DNA of 64,000 nt, taken from Vitrella brassicaformis CCMP3155 (lineage: Eukaryota > Protista > Chromerida). The translations under genes were made by a program, and so were the position numbers. Location of the stretch: assembly GCA_001179505.1 (NCBI GenBank), contig CDMY01000463.1, forward strand, positions 1 to 64,000, read 5' to 3'. Positions 1-13,138 of this stretch are shown piece after piece (positions within the stretch are counted from its first letter, which is position 1; each line of letters opens with the position of its first letter). The notes under the pieces were generated by a model, which was not told where the DNA came from, made no database searches, and saw only the letters and a program-made list of their open reading frames with translations.

Positions 1-232
1 ACTTAATCCTTTATCCGGGACTGACCGCCCGGCAGATCCTCTCTTCACCATTCTCCCCGACTCTCTCCCACCTATTCTTACAGGGCGATCGTGGTGTGGT
101 TGGGCACTTCTCCGTTCCAGCGGCTTTCTGAGGCACCAACACACAGCTGCTGGTCTGGAGGGAGGGCCGCCCAAGTGACCAGCACGGTTTCTGGCCTCGT
201 CGCGATGCGCATCTGCTGCCCGGCATAGTCGG

Positions 233-1231
233 ATGTGTGTGGCGCCCGCCGTCTGCCCTCCGCTGCTCCTCACGGTGCTGTCCTTGACCGCGCTCGCCCT
301 CACGCGCAGTGCCGCCCACGGCCACTCCCACTCCCACTCCCGTGCCTTGTGCTTGTCCCTCTCCCGCCCAGTCGCATTTTTATTTCCTTCTTGTGCATCG
401 ACCTCTCCCTCCTCCTCGGCATTTGGTGGTGCCAGCCACCGTCATTTGTCATCAGTGTCAGCTGCTGCAGTGCCACCCTCATCGGCACCGGCGGCGGCCA
501 TGTCGGGGACGCCCATGTCGGGGACGCCCAAGAATGACCCGATTGTCCAGTATGTCGTCGTCAGGAGGGACCTCATCACGGTAACTAACTAACAGGCAGG
601 GAGGCAGGGAGGCAGGGAGGCAGGGAGGCAGGGAGGCAGGGAGCACCAAGCAAAGCAGTGTGGTTGGTTGAGGACATATTGATTGGTGTGTCTGTTTTCT
701 TCTGTGTGTGTATTGTGTTGTGTGTCAGGATCTGAAGTGGCCGATGGGCGCGGTGATAACGCAGGCGTGTCATGCCAGTCTGGCGGCGGTGGCCGAGACG
801 CTGACTGACCCGGCCGTCCAGCAGTACCTCAGCGACCTCGACAGGATGCACAAGGTCGTGGTGGAGATCGGCAATGAGAGTAAGTCAAGTGAAGTGAGCC
901 AGATCTCCAATCATCACATCACATCGATGTGTTGGATGCACACAAGAGCGTCGTGTGTGTTGGTGCGTGTGTGTGTATGTGTGTGTTAGATGATTTGCGT
1001 CAGCTGTCGAATGCGTTGTGTGAGAAGGCCATCCCCCACAAGCTGTGGATAGAGCAACCAGAGAATATCGCCACTTGCCTCGCATCAAAGGTGCGCACAC
1101 ACGCATCCAAGTGCAGGTGAGTCCATCTGTCTGTCTGTCTGTCTGTTCTGTTGTGTCATAACTGCCTGCCTCAGCCTGCGCTGAAGACAGAGATCAGCGA
1201 CCACTTCAAGCGGTTGAAGCTGTTCAAATGA
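233..1231 (+). CDS. PTRHD1: PTH2-family peptidyl-tRNA hydrolase domain protein (PTRHD1-like), 4 exons, with an 89-aa N-terminal leader
   Basis: Exons 233-580, 729-879, 990-1090 and 1175-1231 join at GT-AG borders in frame: ...QYVVVRRDLIT|DLKWPMGAVITQACHAS...MHKVVVEIGNE|NDLRQL...LWIEQPENIATCLASK|PALKTEISDHFKRLKLFK*. These motifs match PTRHD1. ATG233 is in frame with the domain start at ATG500/515. Confidence 0.9.
595..642 (+). repeat. (GGCAGGGA)n tandem octamer in intron 1 of the PTRHD1-like gene
   Basis: About six consecutive GGCAGGGA units read directly from the sequence. Confidence 0.9.
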
Positions 1232-1849
1232 GGACGGGATGGTGGACTGCCGTTGGATTGCCATTTGTCATGTTATGCATACATATTGCTGTCTGTCGGG
1301 GTGGCTGGCGGGCTGGCTGGCTGGCGGGTGGGTATAGCGAGTGGGGTGAGTATACAGATACTAGTTGAGACCCATTTTTCTTCGATCCATCGATCGATCG
1401 ATTGATTGACTGATGGGACACCCACACTGGCTGCCATGCCCTGTGTACAGAGTGCGTGCGACACATGCGTGCATGCAATGGACTGGATGATGCGATGCAA
1501 TGCTCCCGATCGATCAATATAGGTAGCGATGCGAGAACCATTTCCCATGAGCAAGAGAGAGCGAGAGGGGGCGGCGGGCCACATGTTTGTGTGTCTGTCT
1601 GTCTGTCCGTCTGTCTGTCTGTCTGTATGTCCATTTCGTCAGTCAGCCTTTGAGCCGATGACATGACGATGGACCGCACCCCTCCTCTCCTCCACCATAC
1701 CTCTCTCCCTTTTCCCTCACATGTCATGTGTGTGTCCGTCCGTGCCATTTTCTGTGCTTGTGGGGTGTAATAGTACGTATGTTGATGGATGGATGGACAC
1801 GTGGTGCATTCTTGCCTTGCATCATCGACTCACTCACTCAGTCACTCTC

Positions 1850-4800
1850 TTATCGGTCGCTGTACTTGGCCAGGACGGTGTGTCCGCTCTTGTTCTTGGC
1901 CAGAGAGATGAGGCGCTGCGCCTGACGGATGGAGGGATCGATGGCGGCGTTTTGACATACACATGGACAGACAGACAGACAGACAGATGTGGATGGATGG
2001 ATGGATGGATTGATGGGACGTGTGTGCATTCATTTGTAAAGTGTCATGAGATGATGGCGCCACACCTGTTGTTGGAACACGGCGTGGTGTGACACACAAA
2101 TCACCTGAGCCGCACACGCACACACACACACACGGGCATACGCATGCACACTCACACGCATAATAGCAAGCAAGCCGCTGGCTGATGTAGCTACCTGCGT
2201 CATGTTGGTGAACTTGTGTCTGAGCAGCGAGGCGAGCGCTTGGGTCATCTTCTCGTCCGAACTCGCCTGCACGCCCCCGACCCCACCCCAACCACAAGAG
2301 AGATACACCACCACACACACAGAGTATGCAATGCAGATAAGTGAGGGCGTCTCTGTGCACACATCTCTCACGTCAGCTTCATCGAGAATGTAGAGAAACG
2401 ACGAGCGGTTCTGAGCTATCGCCAACAACTGCACAGTGGACAAACAGAGAAGAGCACAGGAAATGGCCATAAATGGCTGGAGTGAGTGAGTTATGTCGCG
2501 CCGCCATACGAATGCGACACTGAGTAGGGTTCGCTGTCCGCCTGAGAGCTCTTCCAGGCCGTCCTTCCAACCAGACACATCACCACCTACACACACGACC
2601 ACACGGACGGACACGATGGCTGCCTGCCTGTCTGCCTGGCTGATGAGTAGTCTAACCCACCTTCTAGTTTGTTTCTGACGCGGATAGCAACGCCCTGCAG
2701 CAAATCTGAGCTGTCGTTCATCACAAAGTCAATCTGCGACAGCCATAATACGACACGACAGACAGAGGGGATGGGATGTGCGGCCGGCCGGAGACACGCA
2801 CCTCTTTAGACGGCATCAAACTCTCGAACAAATCCTGGCGTCGAGAGATCAGCAAATGGTGGGGCCGGTGCTGTGTGTAGGTCGCGTCGGCTACCTTTGT
2901 GAGTTCCTTGACGCGTTTGAATGACGTCTGGTGCAGCGTGTGGATCTTCTCCTTCTCAGACTGAATGCCTGAAGGCATACACTTATTTGATGCCCATCAT
3001 GGGCCGGATGGATGGATGGATGGATCCGTGTCTCATCGCTCGCCTTGGATGACGCAGGCGATTGACTCTTCGATGACCTTGCGGTTTGCCTTGAACGCCT
3101 CCAGCTGACGCAACACATCACGAGCCTGCTCGTCTGACCATACACGTGTGAGGAACAAAGCCTCATGTCTCGAATCGACATGTGCCATTCTTTTCTGCTC
3201 TCCCACCGAGTGCGTCGCCCCCCGCGCTCTCCTTCTTGATCTGCAGCTGCTTGCTCTCCGCTGACAACTCCAATAGCCTGACATGTGACAACGGGCACAT
3301 GAGAGTCGTGTATATCGTGTCTGTCTCTTGCCCACATACTTGCGTTCGACGTGGTCAATGTGTTTCTGGCTGATGCCGCGGTGGTGGTCCCTCATCTGTG
3401 TGGGGTGGTCGTCACTGCCAGCAGCGTCGCCAGCCTCCTCACGGAGGTCCTCGAGGGCGGCGGCACACTCCTCACGACTCACATGGAGACGCTCAATGTC
3501 GCCCTACATGCACAACAGACAACACACACACACACATAAGTGGACGGATCTCCTGGCTGTGTATGGGTGAGCACCTCTAAAGAGGTTTTGGCCTCCTTTC
3601 TGTCCTGTCTGTCCTTGTCCATCTGCTTGAGGGTCCTGTCTGTCTTGACGAGCGACTGCTGGACGGCCTCGAGCCGCTGCTGGTTGGCCTGCTGCCGCTC
3701 AGTGACGACACTCAGATCGGCGGCATAGCGCGCCGCATCAGCCTGACACACCCCACGCACATACACAAAGGAGACACACATGGTGGGCTGGGTGTGGTGG
3801 GTGTGTCCGCCACACCTGGAGTGTGGCTGCCATGTCTTCATCTTCGTTGTCAGCACCACCTGCGATGCACTCCATCTCTGTGCGGCTCTCCTCCTCCTTA
3901 GCAATCAGGCCGTCGATCTCCTTGCGCAGCCGACCGATAGCGTCACGCGCCTTCGACACATCTGCACACACACCACAGGCAGCCAGCTTTGCAGACAGTG
4001 AGGACAAGACGTCGGCTACATTGCTGACTCTTGTTTGTGGCTTTGAGTTTCGACTCGAGGTCCGCCAGGGCCTTGCGCACGTCGGCAACGGCACAGTCCT
4101 GCACACACGAGAAGGCCTCATGTTGGTAGGTGTATGGGCCAATCAAAGGAGGTCTGGCGCACTAGCTAGCCACCGGTCCATCAGCGCCATCGAGGAGATC
4201 GGCGAGCGACTTGATCTCCTGCTCGAGCAGCTCAGCCTTCATGCTGAAACGCGACCGGCGATCAGACGCATCACCCAACTGCATGTCAGAGACAGACAGA
4301 CAAGAATAATAGGAATGTGGGCATTCTCATATGTGTCCGACCTGCTTTCGGATCAGCTGCAGCTCCGCCTGGACGTTGGCCAGGGTGTCGGCCTCTGTCT
4401 GCATCTCCTGTTCGATGTCTCGCGCCTCGGCCTCCTCAACAGCAGACGACACACCAGCCGCCTCCCGCTGCAGACCCCGCAGACGCTCCTGCGAATTGAG
4501 ACAAGTCCATGGTGCACACAGGAATGCAGGCCTGCGTTTTGGATACCTTGTCTTTGTCGAGAGCTGCCTTGAGGTTCAGAACAGCAGAGGTGGTGCTTGA
4601 CTCGGACGCACCCAAGAGAGAACCTGACAGAGAAAGAAAGTAGGAGGGAGGGAGGGAATGCGACCACCCCTTTGCGTATCATGCCTCGCTCGTGTCTGCA
4701 TCCGGCCTTGGTGACAACGGGCACTCCAAAGCGGTTCAACAGCCGCACAGCCGTCGAGTCGTCATCGGCCTGACACACGCACCCGGGCACACATGTACAG

Positions 4801-7800
4801 TACCCTCACTTACATGGGGTGTGTTGCGGTGCGGTGCGGTGCGGTGCGGTGCGGTGCGTACGATCAGTGCCGAGTCGAATGCCTTGGAAAGAGCCTTGGC
4901 AAATTTGGACTGAGGGAATAAGGAAACCCACACAAGCCATGCGCACACGGTACACGTCGGATGTCTCTGTGTGGTTGGTGGCGGTGGTCTGCCTTACATC
5001 GAAGGTGAGGAAGGATGTGCCGCGGTGGCCGCCCTCGGTCTTCACACCAGGCTGCACACACGCCAACAAGTGAGGAGGGAGATACGAGTGGTCAGACGGA
5101 TGGAAGGATGCGGTCAGTGGTGTGCTGTACTGACGTCTTGCATGGCGCTGGGCAGGTTGACGGCGATGGTCTTGAGAGGCCAGATGCGGACGGCCACCTG
5201 GCTGCCGCGCTTCTTGGCCTCGTGCAGCACACCGGTGGCATCATCGGCACTGCTCGTCAGCAACACGGCCAGCTTCGAGCCTAACACACACAGACACACA
5301 CAAATGGAGACACATGTCCCAGTGGACTGACTGCTCTTTCCAATGCTTTTCCGGCACCTGCGATGGCTGTGAGCGCGGGAAGCAATGGGTGTGCGGCGTC
5401 TGTGAGTGTGAATGTGTCGATGAGCGGCGTGACGGTCTGCAGGCTGGCGAGGTCGGGTGGCAGGTGCAGGGTGCTGAGCATCTTGGATCGAGCGGCGCGG
5501 ATGCTGCGGCCGAGACCTTCCATCTCCTGCACACATCACATCACCGGCAGACAGACGGGCAAGTGAGCCCAGCTGACACGAATAACAGTGCATGTACTTT
5601 GCTGCGCTTCTCTTTTGCGGCCAGGTGTGCCTGAAGGAAGGGACAACACTCGGATGGCACGTCAGCAGCTAGCTGTTGATGCATGGAATGGATATCACCT
5701 TCAGTGTGGCTAGTCGTGTCTCCATCTCCTTCAATCGCTTCTGCACCGTCCTCTCCTGCCTCTCACGCTCATCCAAGCCATCCTTCATCCGCTGGCAAAC
5801 ACATACAATCCCATATACCCACCCATACGCGGCTCACTGCCACACAGCCCCCCATATGATGGGTACCTGCATGTTTGTGTCCCCGGCCTGTGCGTCACTT
5901 TTGGACTTCTTGAGGTCGGCACGCAGCGCAGACAGACGATCACCCAGCTCCTCCCTTGACCGAGTATCTACACACACATATCAACACACGTCCATGGGAT
6001 GCCCACACACCTGTGTAATGTGAATGGGAGCGGTGTGTCTTATTTGCCTTTGAGGGCCTGTTTGCTCTGCTCATATGAGGCCACGGCAGACTGCAGCAGT
6101 GACAGCTCCGATTGGGCCGCCTGCAGCCTCTGCTTGCAGGCCGCCTTCTCCTTGCTGTGCCGGGTGAGCTCTGCCTGCAGCTCTCGTCTCTTGTTCTGCT
6201 GCGCGGTGAGCGCGTGTGCCTTGCTGGTGGTGCGCTGCAGCTTCGCCCTCATCTCCTCGACGGCAGCGCTGTCCTTCTCGTCACTCGCCTGCAGCTCATC
6301 TCGCTCGCACTCCAAACGGGACACCTGACACACAGCCGACCGCCAGCCAGCCAGTTATGTGGTGCGTTTGTGGAAGTGTCAGCAGCAGGTGACCTCTTCT
6401 TTGAGTTTCTCGGCGCGTTGGTTGTCTTCTATGGCGGCTGTCTTGAGGTCATTGAGGCGCGAACTGGGCAATGATGGATGGATGGATGGATGGATGGATG
6501 GATGGAAGGCATGGTGGGGCAGTGTGGTGTGGTGTGTTTTGGTGCTCACCGGTGTGTGTCTAGTTCTTTGTCGATGTGTGTGAGTTTGCTCTCGTGGAAT
6601 GCGATCTTCATGGACGTCAGCTCGGCCCTCAGCGCCTTGCTCTCCCTGGACCACACACAACAACACAACATCAAGAGGATGGATACCACAAAGACAGCCG
6701 CCTTACTTGACGATGCCTGAAAAACACGAAAACCGAAGATCGGTCAGGACAGAACCATAAATGTCGTCTTGGCACTATTACCTTGCAGCTTCTTGTCAAT
6801 CGCCCGGGCCTCTGACAAAGCGACACATATACACACACACACACACACAGCACACATCACAGAGAGCGGACGTCTCGCGTGCTATGTGGGTGGCCGGCTG
6901 ACCATCGAATTTGGAGATGTATCTCTGCAGCGTGGAGATGTTTTGGTCGATCTCAGTGAGGCTGGCCTGCCACTTGTGCCGCTGCTTCTGCAGCTGGTTG
7001 GTCTGCTGCTGGAGGTCATGAGCACCCGACGCCACACTGATGACCTTGGCCACCTCGGCGGCCGACCGGATGTCGGATACGTTAGCTTGCCGCAACACAT
7101 ACACACTGTCGTCCACTGGTAGACCCTCACGCCTACACGCATTCATGAATAGCACAAGATGGCGCACACACTCATGTGTCATTTCATGCCACTTTAGCAC
7201 TGGTTGACCTTAGCCACTCGCGAAGCTGAATCAAGGGTATCTGCCTGCGAGGAGCACACTCACACATGTGTGTGTTTAGTCCCCTGTTCTCAATTCCCTG
7301 ACTTGCCATTGAGTCTGAATTCCCGCGAGCCCCTGACGCCCTTGTCGCTCGCGTCGCTGCGCAGGGTCGCTTTGATGGTGTACTTGTTGCTGCCCTGCTC
7401 CAACACCACCTCAACAGCTGCATGAAGCAGCCCAACCATTCATACCTGCCTGGCTGCGCGTCCGGCTCCCTCCATCCTTTGCTCACTTCAATTGGCTCAC
7501 TTGCGTTCTCTTTGAGCTGGTCTGCCTTCTTCTTGGGGTCGGTGCCCATCAACTCAACCATACTCGACACCCTGCAAGGACCACGGAGCACTCAGATCTC
7601 CCTTTCAGCCACGGCAAGATCTCATCTGTGTGTGTGCCTTACCTGAGGTTTTTGTTGTCTGACTCGCCGAAAGCGAATGAGAGTGCGTCGAGGAGGTTGC
7701 TCTTGCCCACGCCATTGGGTCCGATGATGATGTTCAGCCCCTTGTGGAAGCTGACGGACTGCTCCGTGCCGAACGATTTGAAGTTCGACACGCGGATAGA

Positions 7801-7812
7801 CTTGATGTGCAT
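1850..7812 (-). CDS. SMC-family ATPase, most like SMC2 (condensin) but divergent; multi-exon
   Basis: N-terminus MHIKSIRVSNFKSFG...IIGPNGVGKSNLLDALSF (Walker A). Q-loop-like YVLRQANV, long coiled-coil exons and a hinge-like VVTKAGCRHERGMI. C-terminus WKDGLEELSGGQRTLLSVAF (signature), FLYILDEAD|ASSD (Walker B/D-loop) and VICVSHH (H-loop). Stop TAA at 1850-1852. Confidence 0.88.
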
Positions 7813-7947
7813 GGTGGAAGCCGACGCCTACAGCCTCACAGACGACGAATGCGCCGACCTGTGCACCTGCCAAGAGAGGGGCTTCTTGGACCCCAGATCG
7901 ATCCATGCGAGCCATTTGTAAATCGGCCGGCCTGCGACGTGCTGGCG
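7813..7947. promoter_or_regulatory. Putative compact bidirectional promoter between the SMC-like gene and F-box-like paralog A
   Basis: Divergent start codons at 7812 (-) and 7948 (+) are separated by only 135 bp. Confidence 0.55.
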
Positions 7948-10900
7948 ATGGATAGGCGTCCGCCGCGCAAGGCGGCTGTAGCTGCTGCGGCCGCATCGGC
8001 CGCATTGGCCCCACACAAACGCCATCGCAGCAACAGCCGTACCGATGACGCCGACGGTGACCATCCGATGGACCATGGTGTGGACAATGATGGCGAGGAG
8101 GAGAAAAGTTCGGGTGAAGATGAGGCCATGGCTGGGAACGTCAGCAGCTCATCATCGGAGGAGGGATCTGACTGGGAGGACATAGCGAGGGGCAAGAAGG
8201 GCGCCGCCGCCAAGAAGAAACAGCGGCTGGATGCCAGCGGCAGGGCGGCAGGTGTGGCGGTGGCCAAGAGGCGTGCGGCTAAGGCGAAGGGTAGGGGGAG
8301 GGGTATGGCCAAAGCCGAGGCGGCGGCTACTGTGGGGGAAGATCAGCGTGAGGAGGGGGAGAATGCCGAGGGCGCAGATGGTGACGTAGATATGGAGGTC
8401 AGGAATAATACAAATCTCGGTTTTGGTGGCCCATTTGTTCTGTATTGTTTCTGTGTTGGTGCAGGATGTTGCTGAGAAGGGTCCGGAGGATGCATTGGCG
8501 GCACTCGACACGATGGGCTAGGAGCTACAGGCACTCATGGAAACACTCAACGAGACCAAAGCAAAGGTAAGGAAAGGACGATAAGATAGCACATGCCATT
8601 GCCACCATCCATTTGTCATGCCGCAATGATCTATTCTCCAGGCCCGTCAGGTGTTTGAGGCCAAGAATGCCCTCCCGCCCCCCAACACAGACGTAGAACA
8701 CAACCGACTGCAGGTACGCACCGCCAACACACACACACACACACGCACACATGACCAAAACACACAGATAGATGGGCGCTGCGTGTTGTGTGTGGATGTG
8801 TTGTGGGTACATTCAGGTTGTCGAGCGTCAGTGTCGTGTGTGGACGAGTATGGTGCTGCGCAACACCAAGATGCAGGTCGACAACGCCAAGGGGACGGCC
8901 ACGGCGCAGCTCAACCAGACCGTCGAGAAGCTCGAGATCATCGGAGACGGCATCAACAAAACAAAATCAACCAACTTGAGCAGGTAAGATACACACGGAT
9001 ATACACGGTGGAATGCAGACAAAGAACATCGTGATGTGTTCATGGGCGTTGTCACGTTCTGCAGGGTGAGTTTGCGTGTCTGGATGGGCTGCCCGAGGCC
9101 CTGTGGCTCAGTGATGACGACCGCATCGCTACGGAACCACACACCGTATCAGACAGGCATGCTCACACACCCTACACATGAAGCCTCTCATCGATGCTGT
9201 TCATTCGCCTCTCTCTGTTTGCAGGGCTGGGCGGCTACCTGGGGTTCGTGTCGTGCATGGCCTCCCTCTCATGTGTGAGCATGCACTTCAGCGCCCTCAC
9301 GTCAAACAGCGCCATGCACCCCATCGTAGAGCTCAGCATACCGCCTCCTGACGACAGCATCGACTTACTCCAAGGTGAGACCAGCAAGGGACAGAGAACA
9401 ATGCCCCTCCACGTCTTCGCCTCTCCTGTCGGCCCCTTTCAGTGCGGCTGTCTGCGTGTCGCGAGCTGCGTGTGCGCCACAGGCCGTGTGCGGCGATGGT
9501 GCGTCTGCTGGAGGCCCTCTCACCCACCATCGTGACACTAACGCTGCAGGGGTCGGCGCCCAGCCAGCAGGAGATCAACCGTACGGACGCCAAGAGGGGT
9601 CGGCACCAGAGGGGCAAGATGGCGCAGCGGAAGCTGGTCAAGGCCATGAGGAAGGGCAAGGCCGCCAAGGTCGAGCTGCCATCCAACACGGCCCCAGTGG
9701 TGTTCCCACGCCTCCGAACGGCCACCATCTACAACGCATGGGGCCGCATAGCTGACGATCGCAACTACAAGCTGCCGGTGGGCATACCTGCCACCCATCT
9801 GGCCGTCTCTATCAGTCAGTCTCGCTCTGCATATGTGTTCAGGCGTTGAAGGACTTGATTGCGGCGAGTCTCGGCCAGCTTGGACCTCTATCGTTCATTC
9901 GCCGGGCGTCGGCTGGGCTCTCATCGCTCCACATCACACATGACAAGGTGCGACAAAGAGACCGACAGACGAACCCTACGGAGGGATGGGATGCATCCAG
10001 TCGTTGCTCGCACGTCGTGTCCATTAGGATGTTGTTGCCCACGCTGAGGAGAACGTGACCCTGCATGACGTTTCAAACGCTCTCAGATGCACGCCCGCAG
10101 GTGTGCATTTGACGACACGCGCACGGAGCCATCTTACATTAGGTGAACTCATTCACCCCGCTCCCCTCTCTCTCATTCATTTCAGCTGAGACGCTGGTTT
10201 CCCTCACCGGACGCGTTCACCTTGAGGTGCGGCGTCATCAGCCCCCTCTCCTCCACCCTCAACCCCCACCTCTCAGCTCGACCATCCACGGATTCGTCAA
10301 CGTGATGAGCGCCAGCCGCCTGCAGAACATCCAGCTGGGTGTGGGCCCTGGGGAGATCCAGTCGGCAACTGACATACAGGTACATGAGTGCACGAGCCAA
10401 CGCCGGTTGCCATCCGCTGATCTCACTCACTCTCATACACCGACTGCCCGCCGATCATCTGATGCATTCATTATAGAGCATCCACTGCATCCGCACTTCC
10501 TGCCTCGCCCCCAACGCCACCGAGGACTACTACCGAGTGCCGACCCACAGCGAGCGCCGTCAAGGCATCCGCGGCCCCCTCCCAGAGAAGCCCCACATCC
10601 GCCTCCCCATCACAGGCACCGCTGCTGAGCTGGGTGGAGCCGTTCCGACCTTCCAGCTGTTCTGCGCACAGACCGGGGAGGCCACTCTCGAGGCCCATGC
10701 GAGGCAGGGTGCGGTGAGGGAGGCCCCCGGCCTGGACGACCTCGTCTGCGGCAAGGCCAAGAAGCTGACAATCAGGCCATCAGGCGCTTCGCACCCGCTC
10801 CCCCCCTACGTCATCGGCAATCCCGCCTCCCTCTTCCCGGCCGTCGAGTCAGTCGAGGTCAGGCAGGGGACTCAGGGCATGGCCTTCTACGATGGGGGCG

Positions 10901-11553
10901 TGGGGGCTGTCTTGGGGGACCTGCCCTCACTCGAGAGTGTCACCTTCAAAAGGGACATTAGGTCGGTTGCTGTAGAGGGGGGTGCCGGAGAGGGTATTGC
11001 CAATGGGCCGCTGACGATCTGTCGCCGTGCCACTGTCTGTCTGGTGCCTGCTGCCGTCGGTTTTCTGTCGGCTGAAGCCGCAACGGCTCTCACAGTGGCC
11101 CTCGGGTTCGATGTGGGTCTTGCCTACTACCGTTATCACGATCCGGCACATGAGAGGTGGGAGATCAAGTGGGACGTGTATGAGCAGGCAGGGAAGGGGA
11201 AGGAGCCCATGGGGCGGGTCAGTCGGATAGAGATCAGCCTGAGTGCACCACTGTATGGGGGGCCGGATCATGAGTATGGTATGACAGAGGAGGAAGGCAA
11301 GGCTATGTGTCGGTCGCTGGCCGACGCAGTGGCGGAGGCCTTCTCTCTCTTCCCCTGTCTGCGGTCTGTCTCTCTGTCTGGCAGCAGGCCCCGATTCCCC
11401 TTAGTGCCTGAGATCAGAGAGGCGGCTCAGGGGAGGTTTGTTGTCGTGTCTGGCAAGAAATCTGCCGTTGAGATGCGGCCCACGCGCACTAGCAGCAGCA
11501 AGGGAGGAGGGGTCAAGGGTAAGAGGGACAAGGCCACGGCCAAGGCAGGCTAG
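7948..11553 (+). CDS. Lineage-specific F-box-like/LRR-like family protein, paralog A; in-frame TAG in exon 2 (possible pseudogene or alternative acceptor)
   Basis: Spliced product has an acidic/basic low-complexity N-terminus, a coiled coil, F-box-like LDGLPEALW, then VVFPRLRTATI and LPVALKDL leucine-rich segments and the long last exon 10.49-11.55 kb. It aligns motif by motif with the gene at 49967-53777. TAG at 8519-8521 is in frame with exon 2 (start 8465). Confidence 0.7.
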
Positions 11554-12044
11554 ATCATCCACACAACAACACATGATGTCATACACACTGCTCCTTCGTT
11601 GATTCAGTAAGTGGGCGGGTGTGAGGCTACAGGGGAGGAAGGGGCAGCTCTGCATACGTGCAGTGGAATTGCTGGCTGACATGTGCGGCAGTGGATGGAT
11701 GGATGGATGTGAGGTGGCTGTGGTGTTTGTGTCCCTGTGGAAGTGCCAAGCACAACAGAGACACAATCACGGCAACCAACTGCCTCCGTCCACACGTGTC
11801 TGTGTGCACTGGTAAGGGCGGGACACACCTTGGTTGATTGATCAGCTTTGATGTACCAACAAGCCAGGGTCGGTGGATTCATTGAAGCTTCAAGGCCACG
11901 CACCCGCGTACGCACACGCGTCAATCCATCGAGGAACACGCACCCCCACCCCCGAATGTCTGTGTGTCAATTCAAAAATACAATCAAGGCAATGGCTCAC
12001 TGGATTAGCTGCACCATGGGCTGCCACCCACTCACTGGCTGCAC

Positions 12045-12075
<31 letters not shown>

Positions 12076-12290
12076 GGAGTGACAGGAGTGCAAAGGCACA
12101 TCAGTCTGTCCTTTCCCATGGCCAATACTTACACGAGGAACGACACGGTTGCCCGGCGGGACGACACAAACAGATCGCATCACAGCACGGATGACTGCAC
12201 CACAAAAGCACAAAGATGGACACAACAACCAACCGAGATAGTGTGCGCGTGTGTGTGCCCGCCTGCTCTCTCGTCTGCTCTGCCCACATG

Positions 12291-13138
12291 TCATAGATGC
12301 GTTACCACCAGAAAGGCCACCACAGGGGGCATCGACACCAGCAGGTTGTCGAGCACACCCCCGTAGGCCTCCAGCACCGACGTCAGACATGAGATGGCCA
12401 ATCGCAGCCAAATTGAGGGCAGGAATGGGGTCGTCAGAAGGGTGACAAAGAACACCGTCAGGGAACCCGCTATCTGATCAATGTGATCCACAACTGTGTC
12501 CATTTCAACGCGAGATGAAAAAGCGTGGGGGAGTTCCCGTCAGTCAGTCGGTCGACTCACCGTTTTGTCTCCCGCCCATTTGGGTGACCTTACAGCCTTT
12601 CCCACAATGGCGGCCAGTGGGTCGGCGAAGAACATGGGCATCAGCAGGGCGAACGGCAGCTCCAGGATCGCCCAGGTCATCACAATCAGCCCGTATATCG
12701 TGATGCCGAGGTCACCGCGACGCGCAAACCTACAGACCAGACAAGAAGCGCTTTGACCGGTCCATGCCATGTGGGTCTGCGCGTGTACGGTGCGTATCGC
12801 CATACATACCTGTACGGCGGCAGTCCGAACAGCTGTTTGTACGTGTCGGCCATCCAGATGTGGGATACGACGTAGATGGCAAATACCACCATGAAAGGGC
12901 GCGTGACGGCCGTGTAGGGGCTGTTGAGCAGCAACCAGCCCGACAACATGTGCACCAGCTTCCTGGTAGGGAGTCACACACATGGGAGGGAGGCCTGGGA
13001 GTGTGTGTGTGCCGGTGTTTGCCTGCGAGTCGCCAGCTGAGCTGACCTGGCGTAGAAGACGGGAATAACATCGAAGAACTGACACACGATGAATACACTG
13101 ATGACACCCGTCATCATCAAATACCCAGGCAGCACCAT
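12291..13138 (-). CDS. Phytol/farnesol kinase-like CTP-dependent polyprenol kinase (cytidylyltransferase-family membrane protein)
   Basis: Spliced FYAR|KLVHMLSGWLLL, GDLGITIYG, FADPLAAIVGKAV, IAGSLTVFF and EAYGGVLDNLLV, all in a hydrophobic multi-TM context. Further upstream exons (about 13250-13400) have no open in-frame ATG, so the 5' end is uncertain. Confidence 0.72.

Noticed and set aside
10025-10027. A second apparent in-frame TAG in paralog A
   Set aside because: It is the AG of a normal TTAG acceptor in the right phase (exon begins GAT GTT GTT).
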